Source: Camelus dromedarius (taxonomy: Eukaryota). Taken from it: a stretch of DNA of 64,000 nucleotides. Of this stretch, positions 11,401 to 24,745 are shown one piece after another. Below the pieces are notes generated by a model. The model saw only the letters and a list, made by a program, of their open reading frames with translations. It had not been told where the DNA came from and searched no databases. A program made the translations under genes and the position numbers. Position 1 is the first letter of the stretch, and each line of letters opens with the position of its first letter. Location of the stretch: NCBI RefSeq assembly GCF_036321535.1, contig NC_087436.1, positions 26,414,001 to 26,478,000 on the forward strand. Direction: 5' to 3'.

Positions 11401-12580
11401 TGAAAAGGAATCAGTAAGTCTCAGAAGTTGCTGGAAACCACCTGCAAGAACTAAAGGAGAGATTAGAACACCTTCCACTGAATACAAGAGTATGAGAGAG
11501 TGAGGGACCCTTTTTCTGAATCTGCTCAGACTGAGACCTAGACTCTGAGACAACGGGAAGAATTTTGTGAGCTGCAGTCTGATTAGAGACTGAAGATGAG
11601 ACTTACTGATCTGCCCCTACACAGGTTCTGGAATTCTATAGAAGTAGGATGTTTAACATTCATAAGAATGAATATTTTGCTATAGTTTTCAACATCTTAA
11701 CATATGTAAACAGGCATTTTCTTGTTTAAAAAGCATCAAGAATGAGGACAGAAATTACTTTATTTCAGTTTTCTACCTAAAATTGGATATTTTTGCCCCC
11801 TCAAAAAAGACAGGTTTCATAATAAAAAGGTAAATTTCATTTAAAAATAAACACCTTATATACCTTATAGTGACCTATTAAAAGATCAAGAAACAAACAA
11901 GTGCATAACAATTTAGTACCTGCTAGAATTATATTTAAAACTGATCATATTACTCAGTAAGAAAATGTTTTCCCAAAGTCTTATATAAAATTATGTCCTG
12001 TATTTCTAATGACATTGTCTTGCTTTTTTGTTGTTGTGGTTTTACTGCTTAACATGTAAATAAAATTTCATGTTGTAAAATGAAATTTATTAAAATAAAC
12101 TTCAGCCTGTATTTCAGTGGAACATATCAAGCTTATGTTTAGAAAAATATAAATTCTATCTTGGCTTAAGTGCACTATTTAACAAATTTTTTATATTCCC
12201 ATAAGTTTTTAAAATTTATTAAATAAAAATATCTAAAAAGAAAGAGTAGTTTCAAGAAAATAAGCTAAGTTTAACTATCTTTTTTCTATAAAAGTTGGCC
12301 CCAAATTTTATTTTTAGTTCTAAATAGGGGAAAAAACAGTCTACCACATACCATGTACCACATATCCCATATCACCTACCTTATACTACATCATCAAAAT
12401 TTCATAGAGTAGGAATTCACAACAAAACTTCAAGGCCTACTGGAATAAGGCTTAAAAAAAGGAATTCAAGTAAGAAATTAAGAGAGGAAAAAAGAAATTG
12501 AAACTGAAGTTTTCCTTCTTGGCAGTATTGCTATATATATGTCATGGGGAGGAATAACCATATAACACATTGACCAAAAT

Positions 12581-13103
12581 TGTAGTTATTTTCTATTGTG
12601 GTGTAGCACATGACTACAAACGTAGTAATTTAAAAATCATCTATTTGTATATGTATTATTTTTTTCTCCACACCTTCTCCAGCATTTATTATGTGTAGAT
12701 TTTTTAATACTGGCCATTTTGACTGGTGTGATACCTCACTGAAGTTTTCATTTGCATTTATAAGCTCAAAGTTTGGTAAGCCAGAAGTCTGCTATAGTGA
12801 GGCTGGATTTTCTGCTCAGGGTCTTACAAAGGCAACATTAAGGTGTTTGCATGACTTCTTTCTGTAGGTTTTGGAGAAGAATCTTCTCCTAGAGTCATTC
12901 TTATTGGCAGAATTCATTTCTGTAAGGTCATATGTCTGAGGTTCTTATTTCCTTGTTGTTAAGCTGTCAGCTCCTAGAGACAGATCTCCAGTTCTTGCAT
13001 GTGACCCTGCCATCTCCAAAGTCAGCAACTACTCATTGAGTACCCCTTGTGCTTTGAAGATACAACTCCCTCCTCTGTTCCTATCTGGAGAAAACTCTCT
13101 GCT
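12581..13103 (-). mobile_element. MLT1 (E/F-like) LTR, left part, split by L1 insertions
   Basis: ttttctattg...ttggcagaattcatttc...gtgaccctgccatctccaaagtcagcaac; resumes at 16321 (cccacctgattgggccagacccacccagata). Confidence 0.7.
12662..12759 (-). mobile_element. Orphan ~100-bp internal L1 ORF2 fragment
   Basis: About 90% identical to 13941-14038; no poly-A or TSD; inside the MLT1 LTR. Confidence 0.8.
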
Positions 13104-13605
13104 ATTTTTGTTTGTTTCATTTCACTAAAATTTGGTCACTTTTTAAAAATACCCTTTTTTAATTGAAGTATAGTTAATTTACAGTCTTGTATTAGGTTCA
13201 AGTGTATAGCAAAGTGATTCATATATATATATTCTTTTTCAGATTCTTTTCCATTATACGTTATTATAAGGTATTGGATATAGTTCACTGTACTATACAG
13301 TAGATCCTTGTTGTTTATCTATTTTATATATAGTAGTGTGTATATGTTAGTCCTAAACTCCTAATTTATCTCTCCTCCCACCTCTGCTGTCCCCTTTGGT
13401 AACCACAAGTTAGTTTCCTATGTCTGTAAGTCTATTTCTGTTTTGTAAATAAGTTCATTTGCATCATTTTTTTTAGATTGCATGTATGATATCACATGAT
13501 ATTTGTCTTTCTCTATCTGATTTCACTTAATATGATAATCTCTAGATCCATCCATGTTGCTGCAAATGGCATTATTTCATTCTTTTTTATGGCAGAAGAA
13601 TATTT

Positions 13606-13610
<5 letters not shown>

Positions 13611-13674
<64 letters not shown>
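13611..13674. repeat. (TA)32 microsatellite
   Basis: Perfect TA run inside the L1 3'UTR. Confidence 0.95.
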
Positions 13675-13680
<6 letters not shown>

Positions 13681-14302
13681 CATAACACATCTTTTTAATC
13701 CATTCATCTGTTAATGGACATTTGGTTTGCTTCCATGTCTTGGCTATTGTAAATAATGCTGCTGTGAAACTTGGGTTGCATGTATCTTTTCAAATTAGAG
13801 TTTCCCCCAGATGTATGCCCAGGAGTGGGATTGCTGGATCATATAGTAACTCCATTTTTAGTTTTTTAAGGAAATTCCATACTGTTCTCCATAGTGGTTG
13901 CACCAATTTACATTCCCACAAACAGTGTAGGAGGCTTCCTTTTTCTCCACACCTTCTTCAGCATTTATTATGTGTAGACTTTTTATTGATGGCCATTTTG
14001 ACTGATGTGATACCTCATTATAGTTTTGATTTGCATTTCTTTAATAATTAGTGATATTGAGCATCTTTTCATGTGCCTATAGGCCATCTGGATATCTTCT
14101 TTAGAGAAATGTCTGTTTAGGTCTTCTGCCCATTTTTTGGTTGGGTTGGTTGGTTGGTTGTTTGATATCAAGCTGTATGAAATGTTTGTATATTTTGGAA
14201 ATTAATCCCTTGTCAGTTTCATCATTTGCGTATATTTTCTCCCAGTCTGTAGGTTGTCTTTTCATTTTGCTTATGGTTTCCTTTGCTGTACAAAAGCTTT
14301 TA

Positions 14303-14854
14303 TTTTTTTTTTAACATTTTTTATTGATTTATAATCATTTTACAATGTTGTGTCAAATTCCAGTGTTCAGCACAATTTTTCAGTTATACATGAACATATA
14401 TACATTCATTGTCACATTTTTTTCTCTGTTAGCTACAAAGATCTTGTATATATTTCCCTGTGCTATACAGTATAGTCTTGTTTATCTATTCTACAATTTT
14501 GAAATCCCAGTCTATCTCTTCCCACCCCCCGCCCCCTTGGCAACCACAAGTTTGTATTCTATGTCTGTGAGTCTATTTCTGTTTTGTATTTATGCTTTGT
14601 TTGTTGTGTTTTTTTTTTAGATTCCACATATGAGCGATCTCATATGGTATTTTTCTTTCTCTTTCTGGCTTACTTCACTTAGAATGACATTCTCCAGGAG
14701 CATCCATGTTGCTGCAAATGGTGTTATATTGTTGGTTTTTATGGCTGAGTAGTGTTCCATTGTATAAATATACCACATCTTCTTTATCCAGTCATCTGTT
14801 GATGGACATTTAGGCTGTTTCCATGTCTTGGCTATTGTAAATAATGCTGCTATG
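14303..14854 (-). mobile_element. Younger L1 3' end nested in the older L1
   Basis: Perfect 16-bp TSD tgtacaaaagctttta at 14287-14302 and 14855-14870; T-tail; same family as 22476-22820. Confidence 0.95.
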
Positions 14855-16320
14855 TGTACAAAAGCTTTTAAGTGTAATCAGGTCCAATTTGTTTATTTTT
14901 GTTTTTATTTCCACTACTTAGGAGATGAATCCAAAAGAATTTTGCTGTGATTTATGTCAAAGAATGCTCTGTCTATGTTTTCCTCCAGGAGTTTTATAGT
15001 ATCCAGTCTTACATTTAGCTCTTTAATTCATTTTGAATTTATTTTTGTATATGGTGTTAGAGAATGTTCTAATTTTATTCTTTAACATGTAGCTGTCCAG
15101 TTTTCCCAGCACTACTTATTGAAGAGACTCTCTTTTCTCCATTGTGTATTCTTGCCTCCTTTGTTGTAGGTTAATTGACCATAAGTGTGTGGGTTTATTT
15201 CTGGACTGTTTATCCTAGTCCATTGATCTATGTGTCTGTTTTTGAGCCAGTGCCATACTCTTTTTATTACTATAGTTTGTAGTATAGTCTGCAGTCTGGG
15301 AGGCTGATTCCCCCACCTCTGTTATTGAGATCATTTTGGCTATTCTGGTTCTTTTTCCATACAAATTTTAGATTTTTTTTCTTCCAGTTCTGTGAAAAAT
15401 GTCATTGGTAATTTGATAAGGATTGCACTGAATGTGTAGATTGCCTTAGGTAGAACTGTCATTTTAACAATACTGATTCTTCTAATCAAAGAACACAGTA
15501 TGTCTTTCCATTTGTTTGTATTGTCTTCAATTTCTTTCATCAGTGTCTTACAGTTTTCTGAGTCCAAGTTTTGCACCTCTTTGGTTAGATTTATTCCTAG
15601 GTATTTTATTGTTTTTGATGCAGTGGTAAATGGGATAATTTCATTAATTTCACTTTCCAATAGTTTTTTGCTAGTGTATAGAATTGCAACACATTTCTGT
15701 ATATTACTTTTGTATCCTGTAACTTTACCAAATTCATTGATGACCTCTAATAGCTTTCTGGTAGCATTTAGTATTTTCTATGTATTACATCATGTCATCT
15801 GCAAACAGTGACAGTTTCACTTCGTATTTTCTAATATGGATTCTATTTATTTATATATATATTTCTTTTTTTATTTCTGATTGCTGTGGCTAGGACTTCC
15901 AAAAGTATGTTGGATAAAAGTGGCAAGCATGAGCATCCTTGTCTTTTTCTTGATCTTAGAGAAAATGCTTTTATGCTTTTAATTTTTCACTGTTGAATAT
16001 GACACTAGCTGTGGTTTTTGTCATATATATGGCCTTTATTATGTTGAGGTATGTTTCCTCTATTCCTACTTTCTGGAGAGTTTTTATCATAAATGGATGT
16101 TGATTTTTATTGATAGATTTTTCTGCATCTATTGAGATATTCATATGGTTTTTATTCTTCAATTTGTTAATGTGATGTATCACATTGATTTGCAGATATT
16201 GAAAAATCCTTTTATCTCTGGGATAAACCCACTTGATTGTGATGTATGATCCTTTTAATGTATTGGTGGCATCAGTCTGCTAGTACTTTGTTGAGGATTT
16301 TTGCATCTACGTTCATTAGT

Positions 16321-16480
16321 GAAAACTCTCTGCTTTTAAAAGTCCCACCTGATTGGGCCAGACCCACCCAGATAGTCTCCACATTTTAAAGTCAAATGAT
16401 TTGAGACTTTAATTCCTTCCATCTTCACAATTCTTCCACAGTGGTATCTTGATTAGTGTTTGATTGAATAATCAAAGGAT
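16321..16480 (-). mobile_element. MLT1 LTR, right part
   Basis: Continues 12581-13103 across the L1 TSD. Confidence 0.65.
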
Positions 16481-16492
16481 AAAAATCTAAAA

Positions 16493-16875
16493 TGTTATAT
16501 GTTGAATGATAGGTACTAAACTTTTGCTTTTAATGTGAATTGTTTGAAATCTGGGTTAAAATGGAATCATATTGGCATAGGGTGGGCTTATAATACAATA
16601 TAAACAGTATTCTTATTAAAAAAAAAGTGAAATTTGGACACACAGACACACAGGAAAGATGCCTTTGTGAACTCTAAGGATTTTGGGTCATCACCCAAAA
16701 CAAAGAGAGAAGCATGGACCAGACCTCTCCCTCAGAATCCTTGAAAAGAATGAATCCCACTGACACCTTGATTTTGAATTTCTATATTTCAGAACTGTGA
16801 GAGGATATATTTCTGTTCTTTTAAACCACCTGTTTTTTCATATTTTTGTTATAGCGGCTCTAGGAAACTGACACA
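16493..16875 (+). mobile_element. MaLR LTR, MLT1B/C-like
   Basis: gacaccttgattttgaatttct...agaactgtgag...ctaggaaactgacaca. Confidence 0.75.
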
Positions 16876-18569
16876 AATTCAAAATAATCCCACACTTTTT
16901 ACAATGGGCTTTATGATCTGACCCTACTCTAACTTTCCATTTATTTTCTTCATGAGTATTTCCTTGCTATATGAGATTTATTTTGGTTTTCAAATAAACC
17001 CAGCCATTTTTATGCCTGAAGGCTTCTAATATTGTTTTCTCTGCCTAGAAAGTTCTTTTTGTCACACTCCAAATGGCTAGCTTTTAGTCATGAATTTTAT
17101 CAGTTGCTTATTATAATGTTAATCTTCTTTCATAGTAATTAAATATTAGGACCCATGCTAGGATGAAGATTATTTTAGTTCATGCCAGTGGTCTGATGTT
17201 GAAAATTTTAAGTACTACTAAAAACCATTAATAGGTTTTTATTAGAAACTTAAAGAATATGGAATAATTTAGAGGAAAGCTAATTCTTGAAGTGAAATGT
17301 GATTTGGCTTGAGGACATTTTCTATTTCATTTTGTGCTCTATTAAATAAACTTTCTACCCACTCAAGTACGGTATCTTTGAGGAAAGAACCATTTTTTAT
17401 CCCTAATATGTAGCACAGTTCCCACATATGACAGATCTTCAACGAAGATTTAAGTTGATAGTTACTTAAGAATAAGTTATTGAGTGATACTGCCTTCTAC
17501 ACATACATGCTTTTCCTTATCACTGAAAAATAACATTATTTTAAATAATATTAATTGTGAATAAATATTGAAATTGAATATTATGATTATTTTCATTAAA
17601 AACACATAAAAATTTCTCATTTACATGACCAAAAATTTTAATAAAATGTATATTTTATACACAAAAATACGTTTGAATGCCTTTAATTATTAAATACAAA
17701 TATTCACTTATTTCTGGGCTTAAACACAGGTGATATATTAAATGTTATTAATAACTTTGTCAAGTATTACAAATAGTATTCAAATATTCAAGCTATTAAT
17801 CCATGCTACAAATATAAAAATATAAAACATGAAAATAAGCCACAATTGGCATAGTGATTTTCTGCCTCACACTTCTTTCCCATGGATTTAGAGTGGAATT
17901 TGGTAAGATTTGGAAAACTGACAAAGTTTCTAGCAGATCACAAATAACTGAATGATTCTATATATTTTAAAAATTATTTTCCTATTCTTGCAATTTTCTG
18001 TCACTTGAACTTGCTAAATTTTCTCTAGATATCTGCACTCACCAGCAACTTTTTCAAATTGTTATCATATCTTTGGACATAACTGTCTTTGCTAACTGAT
18101 GGAACACTAGGTTCTGAAATTTCCAATTATCATATAAAAATTGAAGCTCATCTTAACATCTCCTGAGTCATATAGTAGTTTGGTAGTCAGTCAATGTCCT
18201 ATATATTGACAAATTGACTAAGGACCACTCTGTACTATTTAACCATTTATTTACTTTCTGGCTTGTCAGAAATAACCTGAACATGTTGTTTAAAAGAGAT
18301 GTATTAATTGAAATCAAAATACCTCTTTGACTCTTCATTTTTTAAAATAACCATTTTAAAATAAAATGAAAGAACATATCAGTAAAGCAACCTCTATTAC
18401 AACAGTATTTATGTTATCCTTGTTATTACATTTACTACTTTTCATTGAGAGGCGAGTTAATTGCATTAAATATTTATGAAAATTGAATTGTACTTTATAT
18501 TTAAATTTAGTGTAAATAGATTTGAAATACCTTTAGGGAAGATACATTTGGCAAGCTTTGAAGTATTTT

Positions 18570-19030
18570 AAATACCTAGAACAATTAAAATTAGAAAAAG
18601 AAAACAATCTTGAAGGCTTTATACTGTCTGATTCAAGACTTTATTAAAAAGCTATAGCAATCAAAATGATATGATATTGCCTTAAGAATAGAAAAAAATT
18701 AATAAAACAACAAAAAATTTGGAAAGAGACCCACACATATATGATCAAGTGATTTTTCAACAAAGGTGCCAAGGCACTTCCATGGGGGAAAGAAATTCTT
18801 TTCAATAAAATGTATTAGAAAAGTGAATGTATACCAATGTGGGGGAAAAACTGTTTCCTGTCTTACACTGCAAATGAACTTTATTTTGAATTTGATCAAG
18901 ATTAATCATATATGTAAACAAAATTAAGAACCATTAAAACCTGAGAGAATACCAAACGAGTCAACAGATCTTTTTGTTTTGGAGGAAGTAATTGTTTCCT
19001 AGATCAGGACACAAAAAGCATGAGCCATCA
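18570..19030 (+). mobile_element. Old L1M ORF2 fragment
   Basis: gattcaagacttt...gacccacacatatatgatcaagtgatttttcaacaaaggtgccaagg...cttttcaataaa. Confidence 0.75.
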
Positions 19031-20844
19031 AGTTTCTGTCTAAAAAAACCAAAAGGAAATCTCAATGTTTTTTACTCACTAAAATTAAATATTATTGCCA
19101 ATCTTGATGTAATCTTTGAGGAATACTGAGTTTACTTTGAGTATTATTTTCAGTTAACCACAATACCTTAGTTTTTCAATCTGTTTACTATCTCTAGGCC
19201 AACTCAATTTGTTGGTGGAGCTAATAGACATCCATGTGATACATTTTGCATGGATTTTCACAGCTATTCTACTTAAAAAAGCTTTTCCTATTGTCTACTA
19301 GAAGTATTCACATTCCTAAACTTTGTCTAAAGTTTTTATTATTAATGTATATTAGATTATACATAAATTAAATTAGAAGCTAAAGAATTGTTCTGGGGGA
19401 ATCTGGATCACTTCACTTGAGAGAAGATAAAGGAACCTGTGTAGGGAAGGAAACATGGGATAACTGCAGGTATTTAATAGGAGAGGAAATAAATTGCCTA
19501 CTTTTATTTGCGTTTGAGTTTGTTTTTGCTTTGTTACTCTTTTATTGATATATATGAGAAGGATTATTTGGATTTAGGTTTAACAAGATGAGTTTATTTT
19601 GTGATTACAGAATTAAGGAGAGGCTGGATAAAATAAAGAGGAATATAATCAAAATGTACAGTGGAAATTAGGTGCCTTATGGGACCAAGCAGAAAACAAA
19701 ATGAATTTTAAAAAAGTAATCAGGCTAAAGAAAAAAAATAAAGAGCTGGAGGATGAGGTGAAATGGAGAAGCATATGCTCTATCCAAGATCAAGATGAAG
19801 ATTTCCATCATTTTTGAGCATGCCAAAAGAACTTAGAAATCAACTTTAGCTTAATAAATTCAATGTTTGAACATTGACTCAATTTTTAAAAATTCTGCAT
19901 GAGATAAAGAAAATATTTCTTGGTGCCTGATCATCTGGCAAATTAGATCTGAATGAAGCCAAAAGAGCACAAGGCATTATTTAAGCACAGTCATTTTTCG
20001 AGTTTGCAGGAGCTATTGGATTTAATGAAAAACAAATTCATTTAGTGTATTATTGAATGCATAGGAGCTCTTGTCAATGAGTGTCAACAACTACCACTAA
20101 GTGTGAGTTTCTTTTTTTGTAATGTAAAGGAGGGGAGGATTCTTTTTATATTCATAGGATTCCATTGGTATATATACATAAGTATATATTTATATCAATG
20201 GAACTGGAAACATTCATAATTTGATCTTACATAAGAGGAGATTGAAGCTCGTTAAAGTTCAGAGGACCAAATACCCAAATGCAGTTATTTTAGAGTTGGG
20301 ATTAGAAACTTACTTTTCCAACACTTTAGTTAAGGCAGTTTCTTTTGTCTCTCCCAACTTTCCACTGAATAATACAGGAAACAGACTGTAAGCCGACAGG
20401 AGACTTAAGTGTAGAGTCGTTGTTTCATACAGTCTGTGTATTTTCATAAATAGGCACTATTGACGTTTGGGGCTGCAAAAGACTATCTTATGCAGTATTG
20501 TAATGATTAATCAAAACATTTAGCCAATATTAAGAAGAAAATGCCAGTACACATTTACAAAGCATCTAATTAAGAAGTGCTGCTTTGACAGTAATAATAT
20601 TCTTTAAAAGCCAGAAATTTACCCCAATCCATTTTTCATTGTTTATTCATCATGTTTCTTTTACTTTCAATATTTAAACAATTTTACAAAGTCATTTTTA
20701 ACATTGTCTAGCTTGGATTTTAATCAATTTATGAATTTATTACTCTGTTTAAAGTAGCACTTTCTTATACTTACCCTAACTATACATATTTAACAAGTAC
20801 AATAATATAACTAGAATTTACTTTCCTCTTTGCCATTGCAACAT

Positions 20845-21000
20845 GATTTCACCTCATTTTCTCATTTAGCCCCATTATAACCTATGAGTTACAGATTTTT
20901 TTCATCTCTACTTAATAAAAATGTATTCCTAAGTTTCAGTTAATTGACAAGATCTCACAGGTATTAATGCAAAAGCTGAACTGGAGAACAAATCCTACTT
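20845..21000 (-). mobile_element. MIR (degenerate)
   Basis: aacctatgag...taattgacaagatctcacag...gctgaactggagaac resembles the reverse MIR core. Confidence 0.45.
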
Positions 21001-22302
21001 TTTAGTGAAGCATTTACACCCATTCAAAATATTTTAATAATGTAAAATTTGGTTGTCAATTTGTATAAAATTTACACTTTTCTTGTCTACTTAAATGTTG
21101 AATTGTTAAAAACTGCTGCCGTACTCTGAAATACAGCCATATGTATCATTATTATCCTAAATGCTTTAGACAGGTGACGTTAGCTTTGACTTTCACCTTC
21201 TTCTCTTGATAAATAAAAAATTTGGGCTTACTGCAAAATCTGGGCTTACTCTTCCTTTATTGTTAGTAAAGGAGGCTAACATCTAAACATGTCCAAGCTA
21301 AGCATATTCAGACATTGCTAAATACTGATATTATCTCATGCATTTCAATTAAAAACCTACAGATAATGCAAGGGAAGCAAGTGAACTACATGGCGTCTAC
21401 ATATTACTCTATTTTCAAAAAGCTACTCTTTAATCAATTAATATTTTCTATGGCAAGTATTAGTCTAATAGAAGTGATTCTCTATATGCAATGTGAAGAA
21501 GGGAACAGAAAAATCTCCCATTCTAAAGGGAACGGTTTACAGCACCTCTCAAGGCAGACTGTTATAATGTCACTTTATAGTGTTGATTTGACAAACTCTG
21601 AATTCTCACAATGCCTAATCTGTATCAACTAAAATGTAAATATAAATATAACAGGTATTTCCTTAGGCCATCAGCCTAGAGGTACAGTTATGGTGCAAAA
21701 TAATAGTGTAGCAATTATTCTGTACCTCAATCACCCAAATTCTTCCTTTCAGCATCGAAAAGTGAAAGGTGCTGCTATTAAGTTTAATTTTCACTACTAC
21801 ATTTTGCCCACCCCTTACTCCCCATAATCCCTGAAGGTACTTCTATTTCCAAGTAGCTGCATTGATTATTGATCGATTTTGCTGATGTCACTCAGAGAAT
21901 TGACATACTTCCCAGACACTTATGCAAAGAATCTGTGCATCCATTGCTACCTTATCTGTATTCAAGGAGACCATTGGCCAAAGGGCCTCTTTTAATTCTG
22001 GCCTGGGACCATGGCACCAGGAAAGAGCCGTAATAAGCCAGTACAAGCATTTGTCCTAGGCTAAACCTTACCACCAGAAAAGGACTATTCCTCTGCCAGT
22101 GTTCCTCTCAGTCATTTCATGTCATTCAGGACGTTTCATGGCAAAGCTTCCTCTTGAAACCGTTACCATTTCCCTGTGCCAGATGCTAGTGTGATTCATG
22201 ATTTATTTTTCCTCTTTTTTCTTTTTTCCCCTCTGTTCTGTTATTAGACATCAGGATGTAGGTACAGTACAGGGTCAAAAACTCTGCTTCCTGTGTTGGA
22301 GT

Positions 22303-22924
22303 ATTTATTTATTCATTTTTATTGACATGTAGTTAATGTATAATATAATATAAATTACATGTGTATAATATAGTGATTTACAAGTTTTAAACATTACATT
22401 CCATTTGTAGTTATTATAGAATATTTTTTTCCTCTTCATAAATAGGTAACCATTATTGGCTTCTTGTGTAAAAGGTTTTTTTTAACATTTTTTATTGATT
22501 TATAATCATTTTACAATGTTGTGTCAAATTCTAGTGTTCAGCACAATTTTTCAGTCATACATGGACATATACACACTCATTGTCACATTTTTTCCTCTGT
22601 GATTCCCTGTGCTATACAGTATAATCTTGTTTATCTATTCTACAATTTTGAAATCCCAGTCTATCCCTTCCCACCCTCCGCCCCCCTGGCAACCACAAGT
22701 CTGTATTCTATGTCTATGAGTCTATTTCTGTCTTGTATTTACGCTTTGTTTTTTGTTTGTTTGTTTGTGTTTGTTTTTGTTTTTGTTTTTTAGATTCCAC
22801 ATATGAGCGATCTCATATGGATACTTTTTATATTTCTCATGTTGTACAATATATCCTTGTAGCTTATTTTATACTTAATAGTTTGTACCTCTTAATTTCT
22901 TACCCCTATATTGCCCCTCCCACC
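22303..22924 (-). mobile_element. Short older L1 3' end interrupted by a younger insertion
   Basis: L1 3'UTR sequence at 22311-22423 and 22828-22924; candidate TSD ttggagt at 22296-22302 and 22925-22931. Confidence 0.7.
22476..22820 (-). mobile_element. Young L1 3'UTR copy (same family as 14303-14854)
   Basis: Near-identical to 14303-14647 (ttaacattttttattgatttataatcatt...gagcgatctcatatgg). Confidence 0.9.
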
Positions 22925-24745
22925 TTGGAGTTTATTTTTTTTAATATCTTATCTATGAATTGCTTTATCTAAGAATTAACCTCTGAGCAACTCCTGAGAA
23001 CTTATCCCATTCCATTTATTTTTGTCAAAGAGAATAAAAATGTTCTGTTTTACCTTATATTTTATTTTAAAGGTTGTATGTGTGTGTATGTGCCTTTGGG
23101 TAATGTGTTACATGAAAATTATTTTTAAGGCAATTAACAGTAAACTTTAAAACAAAATTTCAAACTATATTTAGTTCTATTAAAATTAGCTTTTTTCTTT
23201 CTTTGAAAATTATAGAAGATATAATTTATTGGCTTGTTTCTATGTTTACTGCAAGTATTTAACTACATGTGTACCTGTGCCTTTACAGGAAACATAATAT
23301 TCTTAAGTGAAAGTGGGATGGTAAGGTAAGATATGTCAAATTAACATACTGCAGAAGAGCAGGTGGGTGAAGCGAGGGCACTGACGATGACTGGGAAGTC
23401 ACCTGCAAAGAAAAGCAAGCAGGCAGCAAGGAAGAAGTCAGTTTCAGTTAAAGGAAAGTATTTGAATTTGGTTGAAGCTAGGAAAACACTTGCTTTAGTA
23501 TTTTCCACAACCAGTAATTAGGGGACAGGCTAAGGCAGTGAGTTTAGGGAAAAGAGATGAAAGGGCCTTTGTAAGTTTAGATAAAAGGAATGAGCACTCA
23601 AATACAGAGAGTGAGACTTTTGAGTAAATGAATATTTTGAAAGAGTTTTTTGAGAAAAAAATAGTTTAAACCTTATCTGTGTGTAGGGTGCACTGAGTAT
23701 GAATTCACTAGTGTCTGGAAACGGCAAGAAAATGACTGCAGTAAAGGAAGTGTAAGGATGAGAGCTCTAGAAATGGACAGAGAATGTGGATATAAAACTT
23801 TTCAGAGAGATAAAAAACAAAACTTAAGAGATATGAAATGGAGATAGTTTTAGGCGCTCAGTGAGTCTTCAAATTGAAAGCAAAATGTTGTGTATATGTG
23901 CATATATTCCCATATAACTTTATGTGATGAAGATCAATGGATTTTTGTCAGACTCTCAAAGGGGTTCATGCCTTTATTATTGAATGTAAAGAGCAGTGAA
24001 GGAGCAGAAGTCAGAAGGAAACACCAGAGAAAGGTGGTATCATTGAAAGTGATGATAAAATATTGGAAAGTGTGAATTAGGGGTGAAGTTAATTGAGTTA
24101 TCTTTAACTTGTTATATTTCATTAAACCCTTTGGCAAACTAAAACTAACAAAAAGAAAAGAAAAAAGGAGGCAATTCTGAGACTATTTGAGAATTTTGTC
24201 ATATAATAGATTCATTATTTTATCTATTTTTGTTTGAAACCTTCAATATTTCAGTTTAATCATGTTCACAGAAGCATCATAAATATCCCTTTTTCCATCA
24301 TAAGATTTTATATTCTCCCCACCGATTTAAATGACCTTTTTAAACACGACTTTGCTTATGGGATTTCTTTTTATAAATAGATAGCATTTGAGTAACTAGC
24401 AATCAAATTTTAGTGTAAGTAGGAAGATAATGGAGTAGGGAAAATTGAACCTAGGACAATTAAGCAAAACGTAATTCTCAGGGATGAGGCGGTAACTGAC
24501 CATTTCAAGAAGGATTCAGAAGCTGACCACACTTTGGTTGATTCATCAAATTATAATTTCAGAAAAAATAAATTATCAATTTAATCACTTCAGATTCAAA
24601 GGCCCTAATTATTAAACATGAATAATAATTAACTGCTGTAACTAAAATATATCTGGCATGATAATTGAAAATACTTTTCTAAAGTGGATAAATGTGAAAA
24701 ACTTGTTTAAGAGCTCAATTTATAGGCCAAAAGTAATTAGGTGGT

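Larger units (their letters stand above)
13104..16320 (-). mobile_element. 5'-truncated L1 (ORF2 RT/C-terminus + 3'UTR)
   Basis: 14-bp TSD gaaaactctctgct at 13090-13103 and 16321-16334 at a TT/AAAA-type site; ORF2 remnants ([35 protein letters not shown]). Confidence 0.95.

Noticed and set aside
15340..16183. RT-like ORFs (also 29111-29353, 38709-39035, 39337-39872, 40559-40759)
   Set aside because: Frameshifted L1 ORF1/ORF2 remnants, not functional CDS.
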